Shown here piece after piece: positions 13,386 through 26,367 of a stretch of DNA of 64,000 nt (position 1 is its first letter; each line of letters starts with the position of its first letter). A program made the translations under genes and the position numbers. Source of the stretch: Camelus ferus (lineage: Eukaryota); contig NC_045697.1 of the NCBI RefSeq assembly GCF_009834535.1, positions 67,892,001-67,956,000 on the forward strand, read 5' to 3'. The notes beneath the pieces are model-generated. The model ran no database searches. It was not told the origin of the DNA and was given only the letters and a program-made list of their open reading frames with translations.

Positions 13386-13436
13386 ATATATATATATATA
13401 TATGTATGTGTGTATGTGTGTATATATATATATATC
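13386..13436. repeat. (TA)n/(TG)n compound microsatellite after an A-run
   Basis: Directly visible. Confidence 0.9.
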
Positions 13437-14327
13437 TCAAAGGTAAACAAAATTTCAGTCTTTATAATCAAGAAATATCCATTCAGTGTGGTCAGAAGTG
13501 TTAAATTGACTGAAAGAAATAAAAACTTCCAGTGTTATGTGAGAGTTGAAAGAAACCTATTTTTTTTCATTTTAATAAGCTAAAACTGTTGCTAAGTCAA
13601 GCCTCCTCACTTAAGTTCTTAACTGTTTCATCTGCAAAGATAATTATAGTTTATATAAGAATTTCATGATAATTAAGTGATAAATTATGACAAGGAGCGT
13701 ACTTAGAGAAAGGAAGTTTATTGAATGGCTGGCATGTTCTATGTGTTTTTATATATACTATTATAAGAATGGTATAAGTGCTATTAGTTTTTTAATCCAC
13801 TTTTTTCCAGAGGTAAATTTTTTTAAAAAACGTTTAAAAAAGTGAGGATCTAGGCATTTGAATTCATGTACTTCTGACTGCAAATCCCAAACTCTTTCCA
13901 CTTTTCTCTTTTCCTTGCCTTCTTCCTAGCACAGTTCTTCCTTCTGACCTACATTGCCCACTTAACTCTTCTATCTCCAGCTACTGCGAGGAGAAAACAA
14001 GGCCACCAAACATATGCCCTATTTTAGAAGCATGGTATTTTTGCTCTGATTTGAATCTTGATAGATATTCGATATGATGGGTATATCAGTTCTGGGGGGT
14101 CTATTGTTTTGTTAAAGAAGAAAAACAATGTCACATAGATTTCTACTAACTTAAGCAGTACAAGCTGAGTATCCCTTGGAAGACTTGCTACATAGTTCCT
14201 AAGAATCACACATTTTCACTTAAGTATGGGACAATTTTGTGCATCTGTTATAGTATAACTTATATCTTTTGAAAAAATGCAAAGTAAATCATTTTTTCTA
14301 TGTCACTGAGGAGCCTATGATTCATTC

Positions 14328-15019
14328 TGAAATGAGCAAGACCCTTTGGGGCCTTCCCAGGACACCTTCCACATCAAGTCCTCTGTCTGCCTCTCCTCTG
14401 TAGAAAAATTTTAGTCAAAGAATAAATATAATCAGAGAAATAAGAAAATACAAAACAGAGGGAAATAATCAAATAAAACATAACAATAATAGCTTAGTTA
14501 TTAAACAAAGTCAAGGACCTTTAGCTCTTCCTCGAGGGCTATAGATAATATTCTGAGCCATGTCCTTTGAGCTGTCCTGTAGATACTGAAACCCCCACTG
14601 GGTGGAAGAAGTTAACTAAATGATGACCAGACTGTAGCCATGACATAAGCTGCCACAATTCTGAGAACTGGCCTCAAAGAAACGGAAAAAAGCGACCCTC
14701 GAACTAAGATTAACCTAAAATAATCAAGATGATGCTGATCAGGCCACTGCATGACTAACTTCAAGATGACTGTCAGAGCTGAATGTGCTGTTCTGCATGT
14801 GGTCCCCTCCCTCCACCTGAACACCCCTGAAACTCCCCTTTAAAAGCTCTTGCCTACTAATTGTCAGAGGTGGGGGCAGTTGGCCTTTGGACAAAAGTCT
14901 GCCCTCCCCCACCTCATTTCCTCCTTTGCCAGCCTCAGGAATAAAGCAAACTCTCCTTTCCACTACTTGCCTTTATTGGCTTTTGAGCAGTAAGCAGCTG
15001 AACCTGTATTTTGGTAACA
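14328..15019 (+). mobile_element. Relatively young ERV1-class solo LTR (about 690 bp)
   Basis: TG...GGTAACA termini, TATA-like 'tttaaaag' near 14840, AATAAA 14940-14945; TSD not clean. Confidence 0.75.
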
Positions 15020-15022
15020 AAT

Positions 15023-15339
15023 TGTTAAAGAAAAAAATATTCATGATAATTGGTAAAGAACAGTCAGGTAGGCTTTATTAAGGAGCACCATGATAGGTGT
15101 ATGGACCACTTCAATGGGGTTTGCAGTCAGGGAGAGTCAGAAGTGGAGGATGAAGAACCTGATCAGAGAGCAAGGTGATCAGTTATCGAGGATGGGAATT
15201 ATGGATAAGCCAAGGTAGGAGGCATTTTGCTAAAATTGGACAATGCAGAAATGAACAGGGAAGCTCAAAAGTCAGGGTTTAGTTGAGAAGAGAGCTCAGA
15301 GGAGTCTGAGTCATTTGGTCAAGAAGAGAATCTTTGTCA
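15023..15339 (-). mobile_element. MER31-type LTR (ERV1), internally deleted
   Basis: Reverse complement starts TGACAAAGATTCTCTTCTTGACCAAA and ends CATGAATATTTTTTTCTTTAACA, as in MER31. Confidence 0.75.
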
Positions 15340-16249
15340 CATGTTTTAAGTAACAGTATATTTTACTAAAGAAAAAAAGACATTTACGCTTTCTCTGGGT
15401 TTTTTTCCTTGTCAAAATCACAGCTAGTCTTCAAAACTGGATAGCCCTCACTCATAAACACAATCAATAAGAATAAAAGTTAAGAATCACAGTCATGCAT
15501 CATATCATTCTCACGCTGAAATTTCTGTATCTGAAGTGTATGAGAATCCCTCTTCAAGGTTTCCAAAGGCAGGGATCAAAGTCCGGGCACGTTTACCTTG
15601 AGACTGGACCAAAAGAAGCGATCCATCTGGGACACCTTAGAATGTATTTAAGTTTGTAAGATCCTCACCTAGAGTATATTAATTCTCTTCACATTTCTAA
15701 CTGCAGCAAATTGAAGAAAAAGATGATAGAAGGCTCGTGACAAGTTCAAAGAGCAGAGCAATTTGGTAGTTATGTGATTAGTGCTTTTAAAAAACTCTAA
15801 GAAGAATTTATCTGTCTTTATATGTGTGAATTGTGTAAATAATTTGAAATGGTATAAGTAGAGCTAGTAAAGTATATAAAATATAAAAATTAAACAGAAG
15901 ATCCTTAGCTTAGGTATTCCCAATCCCCTCTCCCCACTTATTGTGTAAAATCCCCTGAAGAAACTTTCTCCTGTCTTCCGGCCAGTCTGCTGAACAAGGC
16001 ATACAAGGTTACTACTAAGTTTGCCCTTTCTATGTGAAGCCAGAAACACCAGTTCTGGGCTTTTGTTATTTTATAAGGATTCCCATTAGCATCACTAGCT
16101 TCATCTAACATTCATGAGTGGGTTATTGTCTCTTTGAGTGACTAAACAGCATTGAATGTTCTGTTCTGAAGTTTAAGAAATCAGGAAATAGCAGAGCAGT
16201 GTTTGACATGCATTTGTTTGTGAACCAGGACTATTCACCTTCTAAACCC

Positions 16250-16630
16250 TTTTTTTTTTTTTTTTTTTTTTTTAATGGAAGTATAGTCAGTTACAATGTG
16301 TCAATTTCTGATGTACAGCATAATGTTTCAGTCATATACATACAGATATTTCTTTTCATATTCTTTTTCATTATATGTTACTACAGGATATTGAATATAG
16401 TTTCCTGTGCTATACAGAAGAAATTTGTTTTTTATCTATTTTATATATAGTAGTTAGTATTTGCAAATCTCGAACTCCCAATTTATCCCTTCCCACCCCC
16501 TTTCCCCTCACGTAACCATAGATTTGTTTACTGTATCTGTGAGTCTGTTTCTGTTTTGTAGATAAGTTCATTAGTGACTTTTTTCTTTTCTTTCTTTTTT
16601 TTGATTCCACATATGGGTGATCTCCTATGA
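16250..16630 (-). mobile_element. Young lineage-specific L1, 5'-truncated 3' end
   Basis: T24 tail then 'aatggaagtatagtcagttacaatgtgtcaatttctg...'; imperfect TSD aaccctttt/aacctttgtttt ending at a TTTT/AA site. Confidence 0.9.
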
Positions 16631-19600
16631 TAACCTTTGTTTTAATGTTAAGTGTACAACTCCAAAATGTACCTCTAAATCACTGTTTCCATTTCCTAGT
16701 TGCTTACCCACATTCCGTGGTCACCGCAGACCACAAACAGATGAAGAGTTGTGGTGGGAAAGGATGAAGTGCAGACAGTAGAAGTACCTGGACCAGTGCC
16801 CTTAGACACCAGTGCCTTTAAAGTAGAAGTTTTCTTACTTTTATATTCCTGACATATCTGAATTTTTCAGTATATGATAAATGAGAAATGAAGTATGTTG
16901 TAACCTCTTTGCAGCATATTTGTTTTAAGCATCAACTTTTATACTGAACACTAATTGTTTTCACCTTCTTTTGTTTATAGATGTTAAAATAATTCCCCAT
17001 GTGCTAGCACCACATAGAAGCTTAGTATTATCTTCTGCTGTATTATTTCAATAATTTTAATAGTGGTTTGGAAAGACCTATAACTAGTATTATAAGCCCC
17101 AAATATTGGATATATTCATGTTAAAATATCCTGTTAGAAATAAGTTTCATTTAGAATAAAGAATTAAATAAGGCATTTAAAATGTCATTTTATATATAGA
17201 CATAATAGAAATAGGCACCTTTGGGATTCAACTGTAAATCAGAAATCAGATATCCTAATACATGTTTTTTTCTCAATAAGGTGCATGCTATTCAATATCA
17301 GCTTACTACTTTAAAAATTCAATAAAAACTAAAAAAGAAAGTATAAGGAAAGTAGAACTTTAAACACCAAATAAGGATTTTTTAAAGTACCATGTGATAT
17401 CTAAAAAATGTGTTGGGATGAGAAAGAAAAAAAAAATTTAAGAGGGGAAGAGTCTCTAGACCATTATTTGTATTTCCATCTTTCACATTAAGCATATCTT
17501 ACAATAGTTTATATCTAAATGAAAACATTCTAACACAGGTCACAACATTTGGTTTAAAGCCACACTTCGTTCTTAACCAAATACATACGTGACAGGAATG
17601 AGAGGTACCAGGCAAACTTACGATGATTTGGATAACTTAAAGTGCCCCTTTTCTTGAGGCTCGAGGTGCTTAGCCCCGGACACACACAACACACTAAAAT
17701 GAGTCTGAGTGAAGGATATGCAAGTGAAAGGATTTTACAAGAGAGGATTGGACCTGGAAAACCTACAGCAGCATGCAAGTGAATTCTCAGGTAAATCGCT
17801 TTTTAATGAGTGGATGATGACGAGGCATTAGAAATTTCATTCTTTTAAACCGTGTCCTTGGTTAACTCTGAGAACCTCTTTGGGCATCATAACTGCTCTC
17901 CCATATGAAGACCACGGATTTAGAAAATAAAGATTAGACCATTGTCTAATGCTCACCTGTTTCCTAAAAGTGGAAGGGAAGTTAATGAGAAAAAGATAAA
18001 CTTCTTCTTTTTTTAAAACAAAATGAATTTATGTTTCTTTGGATGGTTTGATGTTTTCACATCAGTAAAACTGCTACTCTGGTTTACATCTGAATATTGA
18101 AATGAAACAAGTTAAAGGTGCAAAAACAGTAACACTTCTCAAAAATCCAGATGCCCTGATGAATCTAATAATAATTCATCAAATGTTTACACTTCACTGC
18201 TATTTGAACTTCTGAGTACTTTTTGTTGTTTTCTCTACCCTTGCTCTTTTTATTCAAAATTATTTCAATTTTAAGTTTTTCTTTAGCACCAATTCTCTTC
18301 TTTAGTGTTGGTTCTTGATTTGTTGTCCTGTCTGCAGCCTACTACGTGCAACTCTGTATTGCAATGGCCAACAACAAAATGATCATTCTCTTGATCTCTA
18401 ACCCTTTCAGGCTCGTACTTCAGAGCAAGTATTTATTTCCCCTTCCCTGATAAGGAACAACTAGACAGATCTGAACAAACCAAAGGAGAAAATCCCTAAG
18501 CACTCATCCACTCTTTCGAATTTTGGCTTCCAATCTTATTTGATGTATGGTTTGGTAATTAGCACTTTGGTGCTGAGATTTATAATACATTTTCTAATAC
18601 CTTCAAACATAAAAGCATCTAATTTGTTTGTAATTTTGGAAACATAATTTTGGAACGTACCTAAGTTTAAAGAATAAATTTCAAGTAAGAATTGTGACTC
18701 ATATACTTGTAAAATGAACACATAGCAAAGATGTTAACTCATTAAGTAAGTGAACGAACTGATAAGAAGTTACCAGTGGTTCAAAGGGGAATCCAAGGAA
18801 CAGACATATTTGTAGATCTGAAATATTGAAATGGACTTGCATAAAGATGCAAAACTGACTTCTAATTCAGTTGGGGAGGAACCAAATTGAACCTCCACAT
18901 GACAGAATTTGTGTGCATACCTATACACATGGATTATTTTGCATTGCCATTATTTATCTACAATTTATGAAGTTGCAAAATAGCTCAAAGGCAAAGAAAG
19001 GCACAGAATCCCTTTAGGATGAGATAGACTGGAAGTGTGTGTTATAAAGAATACAATTTTCCATTGGGAACATTTTTGTTCCAATTCCATGAATATTTTA
19101 TTCACAAATCTGAGCATATTGATTGCCTTTACACATTGACTAGATGTTTTCAGTTTATTGAGGTGTAATTGACAAATAAAAATTATACATACTTAAGATT
19201 TACAACTTATTATTTTGATATACATATACATTGCAAAATTATTACCACAATCAAGCTAATTAACATAATCCTCACCTTACATAGCATTTTCTTTCCTTCC
19301 TTTTCTTCCTTCTTCCCTTCTTTCCTTGCCTCCTATCTTCCTTCTTTCCTCTCTTTCCTTTCAAGATTCTTAAGATCTATCCTCTTAACAAATTTCAAGT
19401 GTATGATACACTATTGCTCCAGAACTTATTCATCTTGCATAACTGAAACTTTGCTTTCTACAATAAACACATCTCCCTGTTTTCCCCTTCCCCCAGTTTC
19501 TGGCAAGCACCATTCTAGTCTCTGTTTCTATGAGTTCGGCTATTGCAATTCTACATATTAGTGAGATCATGGAATATTTGTCTTTCTGTGTCTGGCTTAT

Positions 19601-19667
19601 TTCACTTAGCATCCATGTTGTTGCAAATGACAAGATTTCCTTCTTTTTTAAAGGCTGAAAAATATTC

Positions 19668-19712
<45 letters not shown>
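19668..19712. repeat. (CTAT)n microsatellite
   Basis: About 11 perfect units inside the L1 3'UTR. Confidence 0.95.
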
Positions 19713-21554
19713 CATCTCTGTCTTTCTGTCTCTATCTAACACATTTTCTTTATTCGTTCACCCACTGACAGACAGTTAGGTTGTTTTCTTATCTTGGCTG
19801 CTGGGAGTAATGCTGCAATGATCATGGGAGTACAGATATCTCTTCAAGATAGTGATTTCATTTCCTTTGGATATATTTCCAGAAGTGATTTGCTGGATCA
19901 TATGGCAGTTATATTTTTAATTTTTTGAGTAACCACCATACCATTTTCTACAGTAGCTGTAAGAATTTACATTCCCACCAACAGTGTACAGTATTCCATT
20001 TTCTCCACATCCTTGCCAATATTTGCCATCTCCTGTCTTTTTAACAATAGCCATCCTAACAGGTGTGAGTTGATAGCTCACTGTAGTTTTGATTTGCATT
20101 TCCCTGATGCTTAGTGATGATTTTAACCTTTTCATATAGTTGTAAGCCATTTGTAAGTCTTTAGTGAAATGTCTATTCAGGTCCGTTACTTAGTTTTAAA
20201 GAAGGGTTTTTTTTTCTAAGTTTTTGCTATTGAATTGTATGAGTTTCTTATATATATTTCTATTAACCCCTTATCAGATATATGGTTTGCAAATACTTTC
20301 TCTCATTCAGTAGGCTGCCTTTTTATTCTGTTGATTGTTTCCTTTGTTGTTTGGAAGCTTTTTAGTTTAACGCAATGCCATTTGTCAGTTTTTGCTTTTG
20401 TTGCCTGGGCTTTCAGTGTCATAAGCAAAAACTCTTGTTGCCAAGAATAGTATCAAGAAGCTTCTCCCCTGTTTTTTCCTAAGAGTTTTTGTTTTTAGGT
20501 CTTATCTTTAGGTCTTTAGTCCATTTTGAGTTTATTTCTGTACATGGTGTGTTACAGGGTCTCCTTCCAGGACTCCCATAATGGAAATATTGGTCTGTTT
20601 AGTGGTGTCTATAAGTCTCTTAAGTTATCTTCTCTGTTTTTCTTTTTTCTCTTTTTTGCTCCTCTGACTGTATAATTTCCAATGATTCATCATTGAGTTC
20701 ATTGATCTTTTCTTCTACTTGACCTAGTCTGCTATTGAACCCCTCTATTGAACTTTTCAGTTCAATTATTGCATCCTTAGTTTATAATTTCTGTTTGGTA
20801 CTTTTAAAATATTTTCTATCTCTTTTTGAAACTCTCACTTTGTTCATTCATTGCTGTCTTGACCTCAGTGAGCATCTTTATTACTGTTATTTTGAATTTT
20901 CTAGTTGGGTAAATCTTTATTTCATTAGAATTGGTTTCTGGAGATTCATCTTATTCTTTTATTTGGAATGTATTTCCAAATTTCTTCATTTACCTTATTT
21001 GTGTTGGTGTCTGTGCATTAGATAAAATAGTCCTCCCAGTCTTCAAAACTGGCCAATAAAGGAGAAGAATCTTACCAATCAACCTGGCTAGAAATTCTGG
21101 GTGATTCTCAAATATTTGTGCTTGTTCAGATTACCTTCTTTGTTCTTAGCAGCCTCCAAGAATCTAGAGTAAGCCAAGTCTCATCAGTGCCCTGAGACAA
21201 GCAATACAGAAGCCAATCCATCAATTAGCACCTAAAGAAGATGCTAGATGCGTGGTCCAATTCTTTCTCTCCTTATGGAGAAGCTAGGAACTGGAGTTTA
21301 TCTTCTGCTCACTCTGAACTGAGCTGTACAGGAGTTGTGGAAATACCTGTGGGCTCATTCAAATCACTCACTCTTTCAAACCATTGCTTTGTTCTCTGAA
21401 GCCCCCAGGGGTCTAACAATACCATCCTGTTGGTTTTCAGTTCTCAGAGGCAGGCAAGTTAGAAACCAGTCTCTAGAGTAACAGCTAGGAAAGTTGTCAG
21501 ACTAGATGTGTAGTCCAATTCCCTCCGGAGAGACACTGGAGTTTTGGGTTTTCC

Positions 21555-21672
21555 TTTTTTTTTTTTTTTAACTATTCAAGTATAGTTGGTATACAATATT
21601 GTATAAGTTATAGATGTACAATACAGTGATGCACAATTTTTAAAAGTTAAACTCCATTTATAGTTATCATGA
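21555..21672 (-). mobile_element. Cetartiodactyl-type L1 3' tip nested in the older L1 5'UTR
   Basis: T-run then 'aagtatagttggtatacaatattgtataag...cacaatttttaaaagttaaactccatttatagttatc'. Confidence 0.75.
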
Positions 21673-24600
21673 AGGCTTGGTTTCATTGCTAGAGTGAACT
21701 GGAGGGAGGAGCCACAGGAAGTCCCCACATGACCATTCAAAACTGTTGGTTTGTTCTCTGTAGTTTAGTTTGGGCATCACCAGCTCCCAGAAACAGGAGA
21801 GTTATAAGCCAAACCCTTGAATAGTAGCTGGTAAAGTTGGGGCACTAGTGTGTAGTCCAAACCCTTTACTCCTCAGGGAGTTACTGTGGCTGGGGCTTTC
21901 CACAGTGTGGCACTGTGCCAAGGATGAAGTTCATGACAAGACCGACTCTTAGCTTTTTCCACCACTCGATGTGGGTGGTTTCTCACTTGCCCAGTATTCG
22001 GGAGTCTCTCAACCAGTTTCTGGATTTTGCACAAAGGGAAATGAACCTTCTGTAGCTGCTAAGTTGGTGGTCTGTGGGGAGAAAGAGCATATGGAGCTTC
22101 CTATTCCACCATCTTGCTGATATTCATACCTTGACTTGTTTTAAAATATATTCTCCAAGTGAGAATAGAAATATTCCTTATATTTTTGCAAAACAAATAA
22201 TGATGAAGCTGAAGAGTTAATAGAGGAGTTTCCTTTCTCTTTTCGTACATTAAATATATTTTGCCATTTGATATTAGGAAATAGCATATATGTATTTTAT
22301 ATGCACATATTTACAAATATAGATACACATATATAATGTATATTAGGCAAAGATTGCAAGCTTAATACATGTTAAGGTCACATTAATACATGAAAAATGG
22401 TTATATAATTTTTTGCAAATACTCAGCAATTGTGTTGCCACAGGGTGTGGTCCTTAGCAAAAGCCCTATCAGTTCTGAAGGAATTAATTCTGAGATGTTA
22501 CTTCTGAGCTTTTTTTCTAACGCATAGTAAAACATTCATTTCTTAGATGAAGCATAGACTCATTATGTGCACCCTACACTTTTCTCTATTAATACTCTCA
22601 CTTTGCTATCATGTACAATAAAACAGCTGCTTTAAAACATGTCAGATAATATCTGAAGGAAATAAAGAAGAGACTTGAGAGAAGGTTTTAGTTAGCTTTG
22701 CAAAACGTCATTCATCAGATATCTGTACTGTTATAGCTTAGGTTTTTATTCCTTTTGGTTGATTTAATTATTTTGGATAAAATGTCAAGATAGTAAGCAA
22801 TTCCTTTATTTGGAAGATTTTTTTCCTTTCTCCTTTCCCCCTTATAGTGCATTACTTCGTATGACATTATCTCATCTTGCAGGCCAGCATGATGGCTGAA
22901 AACAGTGAACATTTAACTTACAAAGTATTTCTTCTGAATAGGATGAACACCATCAATGAGATAACTGACTTACAATTTTAGAAAATGAGAAAAAAATTTA
23001 GTTTTTAAAAACAGAGTTCTGTGAGTTCCCTGAAAACTGGACATTTACCCTATAGTTTACAAGCACAGAGCCTAAAAGCCATTTTACTGAGTTTTATGAC
23101 AATGCGTTTTACATAGAACCTGAGAATGACTATTCATTCTTTTGCAGGATAAAATAAACTGCAAATTAAAGGGATATAGGCCTAGGACTGAATGAACCTT
23201 GGGAGACCTGAGTATCTAAAAAGACAAAACACATACAAATACTAGTGAGCTGGACTAACTGAAGTAGAAAGTCTTGCTTGGTAGTTTGGTTGAAAAAAGA
23301 AATCCTTTGAAAGCAAGCAAGTTGGGGGAAAGAAAGGGATTAGTAATAGCAACCAAAACAAAATTTAAAAAAACCTCAATGAAAACAGTCATTTTCACCA
23401 CAGGTCTTAGTAAACTACAGCATTTTGAATTCCCCAATTGTACCTCCATGCTGCTTTTTGGTGAAGAAAAGAAAAAAAGCAATACCCGAGGTTTTATTGC
23501 TTCAAATGACCCAGCTCATCATGAGGTGACCTACCACCGAGTTAAATATGTGTTATATCTTGTCACAAACCGACCCTTCAGAGCACATTTAAAAGAGTTT
23601 CTAACCCTGACTTTGAATGCACATGTTCACTTGTCCAAATTGCTTTGTCCAGTTTAAAGAAAAACATGCCTTTTATAATGGTTTTAAGTATGTTTTGCTA
23701 AATGAGCACAGCTACATACAAATATGCATTTAAAAATATGTTTTTTTGGCAAAAGCAAATCTTCACCTGAAACATTTAAGCAGGATTATACTGCCTATAT
23801 TTCATTTTCCTATTTTTAATGACAAAATTTGGGATATTTGCCTTATAAAATGATGATTAAATTGACTCTAGTTTTAACATGAGAAATAGACTAAATTAGA
23901 AGATTAAATGCCACAAATACATAATCAGACTTGCTGGGAGTAAAATATGATGCTTTGTTGTGACTTTTAGGAAGGTAATATCTATGACAATATGATGATC
24001 AAACTGTGATGTGAAAACATTAGGGCAACTGGGTTTTTTAAATGACAGAAATTCTCTGATTGTTATGCATATTTACACTGCATGATATATGTTACCTGAA
24101 GCACTCCCTTGTGGTTCATCATGTCTTTATAGCCCATGAGGATTTGCAGACCTCTGTAGTAGAGAAATCAAACAATCCTCAAAGTCGGCTTCTGTTGTAA
24201 ATGAGACCACTGATTTAAACACAAGTGAAGTCAATGTACTGCGGAGACTAGGATCCATTTTAGTAACATAAGAAAGAAGTCCACAGATTGTTTGTGTTTA
24301 TTAGATCAGTTATAAAAATATGTAATTTTATAAATTGTTTAAAAAATAAAGATTGATCACATTGCAAGGCCTTGTGATTCACTAGTAAAACTGCTGTTTG
24401 TTTCTAGTCACTATATTCTTTACTTACTACAGTCATCAGTGCTAATAAGTAATTTATTTGAACTACACAGGTAGATAAAAATGTATTCATATTACACCTT
24501 GTTAGCTCCCTAGTTCTTTACTTTAAAATACTGTGTGTATATATATATACATATATATGATATATAAATACATATTTCACCAAATTGTAGTTCTTAAATA

Positions 24601-24834
24601 AGATGTGGATTTTCAAACTAAGTGGATATACTTTAAGGTAGACTATTAATATGATGCTAGTTATTTCCCAGTAATTATTATTTGCTTATGGTTATTTCTA
24701 TAAGTTAAATGTGCTTTTTGTGTAAGCTATTAGAACTTTACAATGTGCAACAAGATTGTAAGGTAGATCATAGATTTTACAGTGTTCCTCATTTTATATA
24801 GAAAAAAACAAGAGCAGAGAAACTTGTACAAATT

Positions 24835-26190
24835 ATTTCAAATATGTTTTTTCAGTTCTGTTACTTCAGTTAGATTTTTAATATAGTTTCTCTTTTTCTG
24901 CTGATATCTCCTATCTTATTTTTCATTCATTGCAGGTACATTTTTCTCTGCCTCATGAGCATTGCTGTAATAGCTGCTTAAAAGACCTTGTTTGCTAATT
25001 TCAACATCTAGGTCATCTGGAGGTAGGCCTACAAAGATCTTTTTTTTCTTTTGAAAAATAGGTCACTTTTTTTCTGATTCTTTGTCCGTAGAACAAAATA
25101 GAGTGTTATGTTGTATTGTGTCCTGTTCACTGTGATCTTATACTGTGGAGACTCCATGTAAGAATTCTGTTGTTTTCCTTTGAATAACACTAATTTTTGT
25201 AGTTGTTATTGTTTTATTAGGTATTTAACTTGGTTAGATTTAAACTGCCAAGTACTCATGCAGCAATTCAAACCTCAGTTCAATTCTTTATTTCTGTAAG
25301 GTGTACTCTTTGCTGTCTGCCCCACACATGTGTGGTTCAGGAATCAGCAGGGATATAGACAAGTTTATATACAGAATTGGATTCTCTCCTCAACTTCAAG
25401 AGACTGTGGATCCTTCAAACTGTTTTCCAATTCATCAGGCCAAAAACAATATTCGTTTTTGCAATAACGGTTGCAGTGAAATAAACTTCAGTGTCTAAAA
25501 CAACTCATAAGCCCCAACATGATGATGCTGACAAATCTACAGTTCATTTTAGGACCAGGTAACTCCACTAAAGTAAGGAAATGCACCAAAGCCAAAGGCT
25601 GCCTCAGTAGCAAAGAATCCAAATTCTGGAGAGTCATGTGGGAGCACCAACTCTCCTCCCTCTGTAGGGACACAATCTTTCTGTAAGAATTCGTGTACCC
25701 CTAACACATGTGCAAAGCAGAGGCCCCTAAATGGAGTCTCACTTCGGGTTTTCATACCTTGCTGATCAAATGAGCACATTATTGTACTGCTGTATACAGT
25801 ATCAGGGACCATCATAAAGAAAAGAACACTTCAAAAGCAAGGAGCCCAGCATGGAGTCTCAGCTGGGGTGTTTTATGTTTTGCTCTTATGTAGATATTTC
25901 CCCTGCAAACTAGCTTCAATGGCATTGTCTGGGGAGGGGAGGTGGGACCACATAAAAATAAAATGTCACTGTTATCAATATATTACTAAAAAGCTGTTAT
26001 TTACTGCCCCTAAATGAGTAACTTCCCTATGTTGGTCCATTCTTCCAAACTTCAAAGCCTCTCCAGAATCATTCTGCTTTTATCCCTTTTTCAGAGCCTC
26101 CAGGTAGTTGTATTTTGTGCAGAGTATACAATTGTTATCTGAGGGAAGGTCAGTTTGTTCAGATCTGAGTCATAACGCAAGCGGAGCTTC
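24835..26190 (-). mobile_element. Old L1 (L1M/L1ME) 5'UTR-ORF1 fragment
   Basis: 'taatagctgcttaaaagaccttgtttgctaatttcaacatctaggtcatctgg' (ORF1 antisense) and 'attgttatctgagggaaggtcagt' (5' end). Confidence 0.6.
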
Positions 26191-26301
26191 AATTTGTTCA
26201 AACTAACTTGGCCAGTAACAGCAAAACTAGGAACAGTGTCTGAATTCTGATCATCTAATGTGTCATTTAAAAAAAAATATTATTTTCTAATGTTCTTTAT
26301 T

Positions 26302-26367
26302 TTTTTATTTTTTGTTTTTTTAACATTTTTATTGATTTATAATCATTTTACAATGTTATGTCAAATT
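26302..26367 (-). mobile_element. 66-bp young L1 3' tip with a perfect 14-bp TSD
   Basis: TSD TAATGTTCTTTATT at 26288-26301 and 26368-26381; T-rich tail plus 'aacatttttattgatttataatcattttacaatgttatgtcaaatt'. Confidence 0.85.

Larger units (their letters stand above)
19146..22130 (-). mobile_element. L1MA8/9-like LINE-1: 5'UTR and ORF1 start joined to ORF2 end and 3'UTR (large internal deletion)
   Basis: ORF 19917-20150 gives the ORF2 C-terminal motif [30 protein letters not shown]1-type antisense sequence from 20561; 5' end 'ctattccaccatcttgctga'; 3'UTR 'ttaccacaatcaagctaattaac'. Confidence 0.85.

Noticed and set aside
15707..15770. + strand exon QIEEKDDRRLVTSSKSRAIW after 'ctaactgcag'
   Set aside because: Weak donor (TTG|GTAGTT), stops in the alternative frames and no recognisable homology.
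20540..20580. Spliced-L1 explanation for the ORF1/ORF2 junction
   Set aside because: From recalled L1 consensus the removed segment would not begin GT or end AG. A short GA microhomology fits better.
23274..23657. 127-aa ORF in unique sequence
   Set aside because: TTG start, Lys-rich from A-runs, no domain or splice support. The 3' half might be a regulatory element, but I cannot support that.
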